Below, piece by piece: positions 29,901 through 41,200 of a stretch of DNA of 64,000 nt. A program made the translations under genes and the position numbers. The notes under the pieces were generated by a model that worked only from the letters and a program-made list of their open reading frames with translations, searched no databases and was not told the origin of the DNA. The stretch comes from Cladosporium halotolerans (taxonomy: Eukaryota), in assembly GCF_011745625.1 (NCBI RefSeq), contig NW_027191454.1, forward strand, positions 124,001-188,000, read 5' to 3'. Numbering within the stretch: the stretch's first letter is position 1; every line of letters begins with the position of its first letter.

Positions 29901-30053
29901 GAACAAGAGAACTCCAGCGCACCCCAAGCTTTTCCACCCAGATCTGGGCTTGCAACCAAGCACCGCAGCCCAGCCTGTACAATCTCGCCCCTTCCTTTGC
30001 CACTCCTCGCCCATTACGCTGCCACCTCCCCCTCGCACATCCCTCCCTACACC

Positions 30054-30661
30054 TCACAACCCCAAAATCGACCCCTTATCCTCCTCCTCCAGCAACTTCG
30101 CCTGCCTCCTCAGCGCATCCGCCTGAAACCGCCTAAACGCCCTCTGGATCCTGTCCCTCCCATCCCTGTCCGCGCCAATCTGCTGCCTCGCCCGGAACGT
30201 CCCCGTCAGCAGCCCCGTCTCGCCGCCGAAGAACAGCCCGCCCCCGCCCAGCAGGCAGTACGTCGCGACGTCGCCCAGCGCGCTGGGCTTCATCGCGGAG
30301 CGCAGGTCCGGGAGCGGCGTTTCTTTGCCCGACGCGAAGCGCACCGCCGTCGGCTGCTCGGCGTGCTGGAAGGCTTTGAAGAGCGCCGTGCGGTTGCTGC
30401 GCAGGCGGAAGGCGAGGAAGGTGCCGAGCGCGAGGCCGAGGAGCGAGCCGACGCTGGCGTGCGTCGAGACGGTGCGCGCGGCTTTTTGCAGCGCGTCGCG
30501 GTCGGATTGTTGGAGGCTGTGGAGAGTGGGTTGGTTAGGGTGATGTGAGGTTTGTATGGGGGGGTTTGGGGGGCGTACTCGTGCTTCATGTGCTCTTCGG
30601 CGAGCTTGGCGAGCTCGGGACCCATGGTCCTGCGCGTCATGGCGAGGGATTCGGAGCTCAT
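30054..30661 (-). CDS. Conserved-looking fungal hypothetical membrane protein, 2 exons
   Basis: MSSESLAMTRRTMGPELAKLAEEHMKH, an intron with CTAAC, then LQQSDRDALQKAARTVSTHASVGSLLGLALGTFLAFR...GGGGLFFGGETGLLTG...FRRFQADALR. Two hydrophobic segments. Confidence 0.8.
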
Positions 30662-31852
30662 TTTGGCGGTGTTTGTTGGGGGGTGTTGGTTTGTCGTATA
30701 GCTGTTTCGCAGCTTTGGTTGTGGAGGGTTGTTCTGATTCTGTCGCTTGCGGTCTGATTGATGGCTAGCAAGCTACTGTGATTCTCAGGCAAGAGGTGAG
30801 TGACTATTAGAAGAGAAAATACAAAGCGTAAATGTGAACTGGCAAAGGGGCGGAGCACATCGTGCCTAAAACTCCAGAGCACGACCTCGCGTCTTGCGCT
30901 CCCGGCCACTTTCGGCTCTGCAGCGCGTAGCGATGACATGACGCCCCGCCGCTCCGCTTTCTCCAGCTTCCCATCCCCACTGAAAGTCGCAGCACGTGCC
31001 GTCCTGCTGCTCTTGTCGCCCGCGTCATTGTTGCCGAGGCTTTCTCTCAGCATCTCGTCAACTTCGCATCTCTGCGAACGACTTTGACGAGAAAGGCGTG
31101 TATTTGTACTTTGTAAATTCACCACATTTTACCGTCACAAGGGCTCCGAGCACGATCAATAAGCCAGATTTGACGCCATCAGCGCGTCTGGATCACGAGA
31201 GCCTCTCTTCAGGTGACGTCCGTCTTGTCCCGAAGTCTCCCGCCAGACTACCCGGTGTCCTCCGGAGAAATATCGACGTTACGGCTAGAGAGAAGCCACG
31301 GATCTAAGGAGGAACAGCCTTTCATACATGGCCTCGCACGTTGATGAACCCGAGCAGGAAGTCTGAGAAGTCGGGTTGAACCCTACCTAGCTGCAAGGCA
31401 ATTCCATCCCGTCTGCATACATTCTCGGGAGCATCGAATCCCAACAACACGCGAGCTCGATCTCAGCCAAACACGCAGACTACACGAGCAAACATTGCGC
31501 GATGCAGGTCGGTCCACTCAAGGTATTGTTGTGCAGGACTGTGCCGTATCTATCTGCCGACATGCGATGCTGGCCGTCGGGTCTGACCTGCATACCGAGG
31601 AGCAAATTTCATCTCCTCCGTCGCTGATAATAGCATTCAGCTTTGGCAGGCCTGCATAAATCGGTTGCGATTGTGGATCGCATTGAGCATATTACGTCTC
31701 AACACTGGGACTGCGACCTCGTTCCCGACGCCTAGAAGACCAAGCTATGGACTTTGGAACTTCCGCCGCACTGCACGCTCGGCGATAAGCAGAATTCTCC
31801 CGCATCGGCGAGCAGAAGCCGTGACACTGGCAACAGACAAACAGACAAAAAA

Positions 31853-31973
31853 ATATACAACAGCCGGATTTCCCAGATGGTTACCCACTCTAGTACTAAA
31901 CGCTCGGGTCACTGCTCATGTGTGGCAGAGCGGACGAGATTTCTGGATATCAATGAATGTTCTATTAGTAAGT
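31853..31973 (-). rRNA. Dispersed 5S rRNA copy, degenerate at the 5' end (probable pseudogene)
   Basis: The minus strand reads CTCGTCCGCTCTGCCACACATGAGCAGTGA...TTAGTACTAGAGTGGGTAACCATCTGGGAAATCCGGCTGTTGTATA, then a T run (Pol III terminator), matching the ascomycete 5S pattern. The first ~20 nt no longer pair well with the 3' end. Confidence 0.8.
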
Positions 31974-31974
31974 C

Positions 31975-32270
31975 CTTTACCTCTCCTACCATTCCTGTCA
32001 TAGTTTGTAGTCACTGCGTCTGCAAGCCTCAGGTAAAGCAACCTTGCATACCATGAGCTCAAGATATGTATCTTCAGCCATGAGATCAGCCTGTACCTCT
32101 TATATTATTCTTAGCACAGTTCGCGTCACTACATCTGCAAGCCTGATGGAAAAACTTGCTCAAAAGATATGCATTGCCAGCTCAGTAACCAACCTGTACC
32201 TCTCTTACTATTCCTAGCGAATTTCGCGTCACTATGTCTGCAAGCCTTATGCAAGGCAAAGTTGCACACT
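31975..32270. repeat. Three imperfect tandem units of ~105-115 bp
   Basis: Core ctKtacctct..attc.t..c...ttYgYRgtcact...tctgcaagcct recurs at ~31975, ~32091 and ~32194. aagatatg..t..cagc occurs in units 1 and 2. Confidence 0.8.
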
Positions 32271-32572
32271 ATTCACAAACAACGATGTCATCAAGCATGC
32301 CCGCAGAAAGGCTCTAAGACCTTTGCTTTGTTGTAGCTTTCGATTGGCATTGGATGATCCTGCTGTCTAATCGTAACATTACGTTGTATACTTAAACTGA
32401 TTGAGGACATAGCACGATGTTTCTCTCATGCGCTAAGTACTACGCCCTTCGCTTCGCGCTTGGCTCAGCTACTTTCTAAAAATGGAAGCACGTAAAAATC
32501 AGGCTGTGACATACTTGTCCTTAAGTCAACATAGCCCGCCCATCTAGTCAAAAACTATCCGAGACAATCAAC

Positions 32573-34267
32573 ATGGAGGCCATCAAATATTATTTGGGGC
32601 GGTACTCTCTAGCGGTCAACATCGCGACCAACATCTTCTTGGTCTTGCTATGCGTAATCAGCTATGCCGCGCTCATTATGTTATACTGCAGCAAAGGCAT
32701 GCACCTCAGATCCTTTACCTACATCGAAGACTCAAATAACTTGCCTCCTACCACCTTTGTTCCGGTGCTTGGGATCCTCCTTACCGGGGCCACCTCTGCC
32801 TTAATCACTCGATCGGTCGAGCACTCTCTCTGGATCAGCCTCACGTGTGATAATGTGGGCTCGAATATCAACAAGGTTCTCACAGCCGCGGAATCTCGTC
32901 AACGCGCACAATGGAGCGTCTCGCCTTTTGCCAGGCTCTTATACACGTTTGACGGCCAATCTTGGGTTCTGCGACTCAGTGGCGTGCTCCTCTTTTGCAC
33001 AGCGATCCTGAACCCTGTGTTGCTCTACGGAGTGAGGCCTGGGGTTTCCAAGTTTGATACCGTCGAAGCGCGCGCGCCGAGTGTGCCCATGTTCGCAGGT
33101 TTCACTTCTACCATTGACTTTTGGTCGGTCCTGGATAGTACGTGTGATAACCCCGGTCAAACGTATGAATAAGCTAACGGGTAATTCAAAGATCCGACTA
33201 TTTTAGCTTCTCTTGTTTCGATGAACAACTTGAGCGCGCCTGCCTCAAGCGTCTGTTCGAATGATGCTTGCTCTGTCTCCGCCCGTACAACTGCACTCCA
33301 AGCTGAGTGTAAAGCATCTTCGCAAAATTACACTGGCGAGAGTGAAATTTATTGCAGCACCCTTGGTACGAAGACTTGTGTCGGCCCATTTCTATCTTCT
33401 GGCTCGAACTACATAGAAATTGCCAATTTTACCACTGGTCCTTCCAACAACTGCGATGGCGTACTAGCCTTGGATGTTGCTTTCGAGGAGCACAAATGCC
33501 CGAGCGGCGACTTTGCCATAATTTTCGGAGCCTGGGTCACCGGAATGTACAACCAAACCTTGCACAAAGTAGAATGCAACCTATACATTGGGAATGTTAC
33601 CGTCACCCAGACTGGGAACAGCGCTCCAACCCTAGATCGTAAATCTTTTACAAATTTTACAAATCCCATTTCGATTTCAGGCAATTACACAGAAGGACTA
33701 GCGCAAGACTCCGACGATATATTCTTTTTCGATAACATATTACCCTGGATGTGGCAGATGGAGTATCTCATCATTCGTAAGAGCTGGACACACAATATTG
33801 TGATTGACAACCCGTACACCTTTGCTTTCGATGGAGTATCCTCGTTTGGCAACAATACTTTGGGCAGCTACCTGTTGCGTGGTCCAGGTTTCCAGAACCA
33901 GGCGTTGCTACATCTCACAGCAGATGCAGACGGAGTTGCAAAGACTTTGGAACGGAATTTCGATATGGCTACTCTGCTCGCCTTTGTCCGACAGCCATAC
34001 GCAGGCTCGGTCAACATTACCACGACTCACGAGAGTAAAGTTTGGCTGTACAACGAGAAAGTACTTGGTATTTTAGCCGTTCCGGCTATTGCCACATTAC
34101 TAGTCATGTGCATGTGCTGGAGAATCAAGGGTGACGAGGTTGTCATAGGTTATGACCCTCTTCAAATTGCTCGACGGGCTGAGGAAATCCTAGAGAAACG
34201 GGAACATGATCGCAGACTTTCCAGATTATCCAGGGGGCCTTATGTTGCTGTCCGGAATGTAAGGTAG
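32573..34267 (+). CDS. Hypothetical multi-TM membrane glycoprotein, 2 exons
   Basis: ORFs 32573-33172 and 33221-34267 are joined by an intron GTACGT (~33138)..GCTAAC..AAG (~33191). Three N-terminal hydrophobic helices, a Cys/N-glycosylation-rich domain, and a C-terminal TM plus GYDPLQIA. Confidence 0.75.
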
Positions 34268-34555
34268 ACATAGCGTAGTAGCAAGATGACCGGGCTCAGA
34301 TTTAACACTGCATCAAGAATTTCGAAAAATGACGCTGCTGGCATTAGGCATTTTCGGATCGATTGACCCAGGAAATTAGGGGGATCTTACTTGCGTCCCA
34401 ATCGAGTCAAGTATTTGGACTGGCTCTGGTAAATCCCCGCAGCGTATTTTCGTCTGCTTGCATCACAGTCCATTCGCATGACTATTCGCAAATTGATCGA
34501 TGCGAAAACAAGGCGAAAGAGTTGCGTTCCATCTTTCCATGACTTTATTATAACA

Positions 34556-35621
34556 ATGCCTAGACGAGCAATTTTCGAGCCGTCTTTGCCTACCCAAAGT
34601 CTGCTTACGCGTGATGTCGGTTCAACTCTTATCTCAGCGTGCGAAATTAACTTCTACCGAGCTTGATGATATGCGCTGCAACATCTTCGGCTCTATTCAT
34701 TTCTCCGTCGGACCAGACTGGGAAGGCTTCTTCTCTCCCATCAGGCTTACAAAGTGGTTTCTGCGTGTCCGGTTACAAGTTTTTCTGTTCTTACAACACG
34801 CCCACGCAATTGCTTTAACCCCGAAGACCCTTCGCCGATGAAGCGCAGACAGCAGGACTTTGTGCTGGTATGTAACGCTGAGCTCGTCGTTCTGCAGTCA
34901 GGCTATATCGCCACCATCGCTGTTGATGGTGAACAGGAGGAAGTTGCAGTTGACGAAAAGATCAAGAAGTATGAGCTTATGCATTTTTACGACACCGATG
35001 AGCTCAAGGCACTACGCAAGCGCGAGGCAGTCGACGACGATTGCAACCCGCGCTACTCCTCTGTCACCAAGTTGAGGGCTATGGTCGGAGCAGACTTCGA
35101 TCTCAATGCAGGTTGTTTCATTGTACCGAAGCCACAGTCTCAGATCTTCACTACAGACCGCCAGGCGTGGGTAATTAATGGTGGCACAGAAGACATGCGT
35201 GCCTCGTCCAGATTATCCAGGCATTCCGGGAATGAGGCACGGGGAACAAAAACGCACTATTTGACATGCTTTACATGCCGAATTAGATCAAATGGACGGG
35301 TGGCTTAGGGAATTCTTTGTAAATGAGTACTCTAGACAAGAAATGGTGACGATGATACGTGATAACGAGCGCGTACACATGAACACGATCCTTGGCGTTC
35401 ATCTCGCGGCCATCTGTTTTCCATCTTCGCTCAGCCACCGCATTCACCTTTCTTGTAACCACAATGGCTCTGCCAAAGGCGCCAATCCCCTCTTCTTTGC
35501 CAAGAAGGTCTCGAATCCTCCCGTCCGTAAATATATGCTCGTAGGTGTTGGCGTATGCGGGGCTTTCTCCGTCCCAGTCACGATGACGCGAGGACAGGGA
35601 CGCGTTTACCTCAGCGAGTAA
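34556..35621 (+). pseudogene. Fragmented hypothetical gene
   Basis: Protein-like ORF pieces (34611-34841, 34754-35308, 35292-35621) lie in different frames with weak splice signals. No family recognised. Confidence 0.3.
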
Positions 35622-35735
35622 ACGATTCCGTCAGAATATTGGTGCCCGCATATAAATTACGAAACAGCTCGCAATCCTGTCACAAGCCGTTTCTGCTGCT
35701 TTTGATCATTCACAGCGTCAGCGTGGCGGTCGAAG

Positions 35736-36158
35736 ATGGGGACCACGCTTGCAAACCAACAGAGTCCGCGAAAAGCCGTAATCCTCGAACGTGAAGCGAT
35801 CGAAGCACAAGAAAAAGAATCTTTCTCGGATCCCAGCAATGGCATTGTTTCCTGGAAAACACTCATCTCGGCGCCCTACACCAACACCAACTCGTTGACA
35901 GCGGGCATCGCCACATGTCCCCCGCAACAAGGTCACTTGTGTCCGCATCGACACGCCCATGCGGAGATCTACCACATCATTAGCGGACGCGGAATTCTAT
36001 GCATAGATGGCGTCGAGCAAGAAGTAGCCGCTGGAACTGTCGCGTACATTCCTGGGGATGCCGAGCATAGTATACGAAACGACGAACCTGAGGAAGATCT
36101 AAAGTGGCTTTATGTCTTTGGTGCGGATAGCTTCAAAGACGTCGTTTACAGATTCTGA
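35736..36158 (+). CDS. Cupin-2 metalloprotein, DddW (DMSP lyase)-like, intronless, 140 aa
   Basis: Cupin motif 1 PHRHAHAEIYHIISGRG and motif 2 GTVAYIPGDAEH give a 3His-1Glu site. Flanks DPSNGIVSWKTL and YVFGADSFKDVVYRF resemble Roseobacter DddW as recalled from memory. Confidence 0.85.
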   Translation: MGTTLANQQSPRKAVILEREAIEAQEKESFSDPSNGIVSWKTLISAPYTNTNSLTAGIATCPPQQGHLCPHRHAHAEIYHIISGRGILCIDGVEQEVAAGTVAYIPGDAEHSIRNDEPEEDLKWLYVFGADSFKDVVYRF

Positions 36159-37022
36159 GCAGCACACATTCCAGTTGTACTGGCTGCTCTATGATGCGCC
36201 ATGTATGTTGCATCACTTTTGCACACGAGCATATATCTTGAAAAGACTTAGCATTGGGCGTTCTGGATGATACAAAGGTCAGGATAAAATTGCGGCATTC
36301 ATAACATTTTTAGTAACCTTAGCGTATTTGCCCTTTTCACATGAGTGAATATCAATTACAACATCGCACAGGGTGCAATTCTCCCACATGTCTCGTTCAC
36401 CATCGTGAATGTTATGATTTTCGCCAAGCAGGTCTAAAATCCAAGCCAGAGCTCGACATCCTGCAAAGGTATCACCTCATCCATCTACCCTGTCGAATTC
36501 GATCTGCGGACAGCGTCAACATCAGAATGACAAGGGCTCAGCGCCATTTTAGCTGTCATTGCATCGGACATGCATGCAATTGTGTGCGAGCTCTCTCGCG
36601 GCGAAAGATAGCCCATGTGGCAGGGAAGGTCGCGATCACGATATCAGAGCTATCGATGATGTGACATCGCCTACCGGCAGCAAACAAGGTCTACATCAAC
36701 ATGTTGTTGTTCAGAGCTCTTGTCCCGCGGGAGAGGGGATTTTCCGAGAGACTGGATTGAACGGCTATCATACTCGTTCGGTTGGTGCGATTTCGCCATG
36801 TTCCTTCGGGCATCATGCAGGCTCAAGCGCCTGTAAAGGCCGCTTCTGCTCTCGCAACCCTGGATGGTGTAATAGGCCCAAGTTCCACTAGTATATGAAA
36901 GGGACTTGGCAATCTGCGTGATGAAGTTGCTGCAGGGGATACAAAAGAGTCCTGTCGTACAGAGTTTGACCTTGGGCCTTCGGAGGCTCTAGATTTCGTT
37001 TCCTTCGCGCAGCTTGGTCGCT

Positions 37023-39631
37023 ATGTCCACCAAAGCACCAGTTCTGTCCTCATCGCCCACTGATGTTGCTGCGCCTGTGCCGGCGGGCAACCCTGATACT
37101 AAAAATGCTATTCACAAGGTCACGCAGGAATGCTCGTCATCCCAGAAAGAGCCGGCAGGAGTCACACAGCAGAACCAGCGTATGGAATCTGCCCTCGGTG
37201 ATGCCGTTCTCCGATTTCTGCGCATTCGAAAGGGTCCAAAAAGACCGCAGGATGATCCGAACGGAGTATGTCGGACCTTGGAGGTCTGGCTCGCATAATG
37301 AGACACTGACGGGCCGCAGATCGCGACACAGGCCAGCATCTGGGATTCCGAAAACGTGAAAGAGTACAAGGACATTTACCTCCACCCGAAGTGGGAGAAC
37401 TGGTCAGCGTTCGACCCTAAGTTCCTTTGGACTTGGAAGGAGGAGGACCAGGTGCGCCACAAAGTTGACTGGAAGATCATGGTATGTGCACAGACTGAAT
37501 ATGGTGCGAGACGGAGCACTCATGTGCTGAGTCTTGGTGCTACAGGTTTGGGTCTGTGTCATGTTCGCTGCTCTGAACATCGATCGAGGCAACATTACCA
37601 ACGCTGTTTCTGACAACATGCTCGACGACCTTGGGATCACCAGGGGAGACTACGTGAGTCGTCATCGATTCAGAACAATCTTGCTCGGGTGCTTTCTGAC
37701 CACATGACGCTGACGAAAAGACAGAATGTTGGTCAAACTATATCACGCGTTGGTTTCCTCGTGGCCGAATTGCCTTCCCAGTTGATCTCGAAACGGTGAG
37801 GCGATGCTGCATCGACATACGATGAAGGCCATGGCTCACTGTCGATAGCATCGGACCGGATTATTGGATCCCTATACAGATCTGCTGTTTCAGCTTCATC
37901 TCTGCGATGCAATTTTTCCTCAAAGGCAGGGCTTCTTTTCTTGCCACTCGCTATCTCATGTAAGCTTCCTGATCAGTCTATTCAAAAGCCCAGAGGATTA
38001 CCCAGCCGCTGATTGCATCAGTGCTACCTTCCAAGGCGGCTTCATTCCGTAAGTCTCCGCTGTTGCCACAGTGGAGTTATCGACTGACGCATTTAAGCGA
38101 TACCATCCTGTATCTAAGCTACTTCTACACGGGAACTAGGGTGAGTTGCTGGCAGCACTGTCTCAGCCGACATTGCGCTGACCCAAACAGCTTCCCATAA
38201 GACTTGCATGGTTCTGGATGTCTTCTCAGCTCGTCGACATCGGTGTAGGCTTCGCGGCAGTCGGCCTCCTGTCGATGCGTGGAATCCTCGGCTATGAAGG
38301 TTGGCGTTGGCTCTTCCTGATCGAGTAAGTCCTCCAGTACTCCAGAATCGCAGAGCTTATGCTAATATCAGGAAGGGGCATGTTCACTTGTAAGTGATGC
38401 GTTGATGCTTGGATGTCACATTACTAATATTAATGCCAGTCGTGATCGGACTAGCATCCTTTTTTTTAATGCCTCAATCTCCTGCTAGAACGAAGAGCTG
38501 GCTATTTCCCAGGGGCTACTTCACTGACAAAGAAGCCAAGATCATTGTGAACTCAGGTCAGTAGACTCTCGAATCACGACAAGGCGAGGCGCATTCCTAA
38601 TATACGTCCTAGTAATCCGCGACGACCCTCAAAAGGGCGGCATGTACAACCGCCAAGGCCTCTCGCTCAAGCAGATCTGGGAATGCTCCAAAGACTACGA
38701 CATGTGGCCGCTCTATGCTCTCGGCCTCCTGTTTGGCCTGCCGAAATATCCTGTCAACCAATACCTCACCCTCTCGTTCCGCGGACTCGGCTTCAATGTC
38801 ATCCAGACGAATCTGCTGTCGATCCCTTGGATTGTCGGTTCTTGTTTGACTATGCTGCTGATAACTGCTTTCAGCGAGCTGGTCAATAACCGAAGCATCG
38901 TCGCTATGGCCGAAGACGCCTGGCTTCTCCCTTGTTTCGCGGCCCTCATCGCCTTGCCAGACCCTATTGGACCATGGGTGTACTTCGCTATTGCTACTGT
39001 TTTGCTCTCGTTCCCCTAGTAAGTGATGAGCCGGCTCATACCACCGCAAAAGCTGATCGATCAAAGCACTCATCCGATCCAAGTGGCATGGACCAGCAGG
39101 AACGCAGGTTCGGTACAAAATCGAACCGTCTCCGCCTCGTGAGTGTTACTGGAACTATATGGGCATCACAAGACTAACAACGTCCCAGCCTTTACAACAT
39201 GTGGGTTCAGGTCAGCGGCATGATCGGCGCAAACAGTAGGTTCGGCTTCCGTGAGTCGACCAACGTACGTACTGACCATGCCCAGTATACCAACCCAGCG
39301 ACTCGCCTCGCTACTTCAAAGCAAACACGGGTCTGCTCGTCATCTGTGTGTGGATGTGTGTAAGTGACATCTACCCTCGTCCTAACCATGTCAATACTTA
39401 GCTTATTTATCGCGATGTAGTTGATCCAATACCCCGGAACCTTCTTCTACTACCGCTGGAGAAACAGCCGCAAAGCTCAGAAGTGGGACGCCATGACGGC
39501 CGAAGAGCAGCACGAATACCGCACCAACACCACAGACGTGGGAAACAAGAGGTATCCGCGTCTCCTCATTGCTAGCAAAGTGCCTTGCGACTGACTTCTA
39601 GTCCAGACTCGACTTCCGTTTCGCCACGTAG
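37023..39631 (+). CDS. MFS transporter, allantoate permease (Dal5)/anion:cation symporter family, 16 exons
   Basis: Manual splicing of 15 GT-AG introns gives an uninterrupted frame with IDRGNI, ELPSQLISKRIGPD, QGGFIPD, YLSYFY, GWRWLFLIEG, RDDPQKGGMYNRQ, NRTVSASLYNM and GNKRLDFRFAT*. Confidence 0.93.
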
Positions 39632-39686
39632 TCATACTCACGACCACGCCCCTCGAAGAAGCCCACACGCACATGATTGTACCCCC

Positions 39687-40364
39687 TCACACAACCTCAC
39701 CCACCCCCAACCCTCCAATCCCCAACCTCGCCACAACCCCCTCGCAAACCCTCTCAAACACCACCCCATGCCCCCCACCAACCAGCGCCCCCCACCCGCC
39801 CTCCAAATCCAACCACGCATGGCACAACTCATGCACCAGCGCGCCCCAGATCTCCTCCCTGCGCCCGCGCCTCAGCATCCGCCTGTTCAGCTTGATCGTC
39901 ACGCTCGCGACGCCGTGGCGCGAGAAAGAAGTGGGTTGCGTGAGGCCTAGCAGGGAGCGGGGGAGGGTGGCCCAGAGGATTGTGATGTGGGAGTGGAGGG
40001 GTGTAGGGATGAGGGCGGCGAGGAGGTCGGCTGTGATAGGGGTGAGGTGGGTGGGTTTTAGGGGCGTGGGGAGAGGGGTTGCGTAGGCGGTGCGGAGGCG
40101 GGTGAGAGCGTGCAGTTGGAGGGGTGTGGGGGGTTGGGAGAGGGCGGCGAGGATGGTTTGGTGGGCGGGTTGGTGGGTTTTGCGGAGGGGTTTGGGTGCT
40201 TTCGTTGGGTCGGTTGGGCTTGGAGGAGATTTCTTTGGGTGCTTGCTCGATGGTCTTGGGCCCTCCTCATCGTTCGAGGGAGCGCGGGAGCCGGCGACCT
40301 TGTGGCTGCCATAGCAGCAGCCGATACAGGACACTACAGTCGCGAAGCAGCAGTCGCCGCACAT
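39687..40364 (-). CDS. SprT-like HEXXH zinc metalloprotease domain protein
   Basis: LLGLT...ITIKLN-like segment...LVHELCHAWL...GHGVVF, the SprT pattern HEXXH..H. Cys-rich N-terminus MCGDCC...SCIGCCY. A further upstream ATG at 40421 is not confirmed. Confidence 0.7.
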   Translation of the reverse strand: MCGDCCFATVVSCIGCCYGSHKVAGSRAPSNDEEGPRPSSKHPKKSPPSPTDPTKAPKPLRKTHQPAHQTILAALSQPPTPLQLHALTRLRTAYATPLPTPLKPTHLTPITADLLAALIPTPLHSHITILWATLPRSLLGLTQPTSFSRHGVASVTIKLNRRMLRRGRREEIWGALVHELCHAWLDLEGGWGALVGGGHGVVFERVCEGVVARLGIGGLGVGEVV

Positions 40365-41200
40365 GGCTGCAGTCTTGATATGGATTCGGTTTCGTATGTT
40401 CCCTGATTCAACGACTATCAATGTAGCGCAGTCGATCGACAGTCTCCGGAGAAAACCATATGCCAGATTATATACCCCGCTCCAGGAACGGTGGTTTTAG
40501 TGAATATGCCAACATGACAGAACATCGGCCTGTCCTCAGCAACATTGTCCAAATCTCGCACCAAAACTCTGCCTCCAGATCCTGTCTTACCTTAGACACC
40601 ATGAGGGTCCTACTTACCTCTCCGACTATGCCATTCAATTAGGGAACATGAGGGCTTGCAGCGAGGGAGCAACGAAGTGTGATGCATTCTTCTGAGAAGC
40701 CAATGCCGATATTCCGTGAAGTCGAAGCAGCATGGTTCGAACCTGAGGCACCCACACACAAACCATCAAAGTCACTCGGCGCCCTCTAGCGCGCTCGTCA
40801 TACGAAGTCACGCAAACTGCGTGATTTAACCACTGGCTCTGCGTGATTTATCCAACAGTGAGGAGAAGGAGGGGGTGATCTTGGTCTTGTTATGTTATGT
40901 CTCATTTCGTGATGCGTGGTATATCATTATATATAAGGTGGTAGTCCCCTCTTCTTCTTCTTCGTCTTCGTCTCAGTCGTGATGGTAATTTCGCGCATCG
41001 AGCGCTTTCGCTTTGCTGGTAAAATGAAAAAGAAAAGAAAAAAGAACTCCGGTGCTCTCGCTGCTGCTGTTCCTGTGGTCGAATGAGTCTTGCTGCTGTG
41101 TTCTGCGTTTCTCGCTCGCTCGCTCGCCCGGTCGGATACTGTGGACCTCTCGCGCTGTCTCTTCCCCACTATCTCTCTCTCCCTCTCTCGCGTCGTACGC

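Noticed and set aside
31975..32270. CRISPR-like repeat-spacer array
   Set aside because: Eukaryotic context, degenerate repeats, related intervening sequences and no cas genes.
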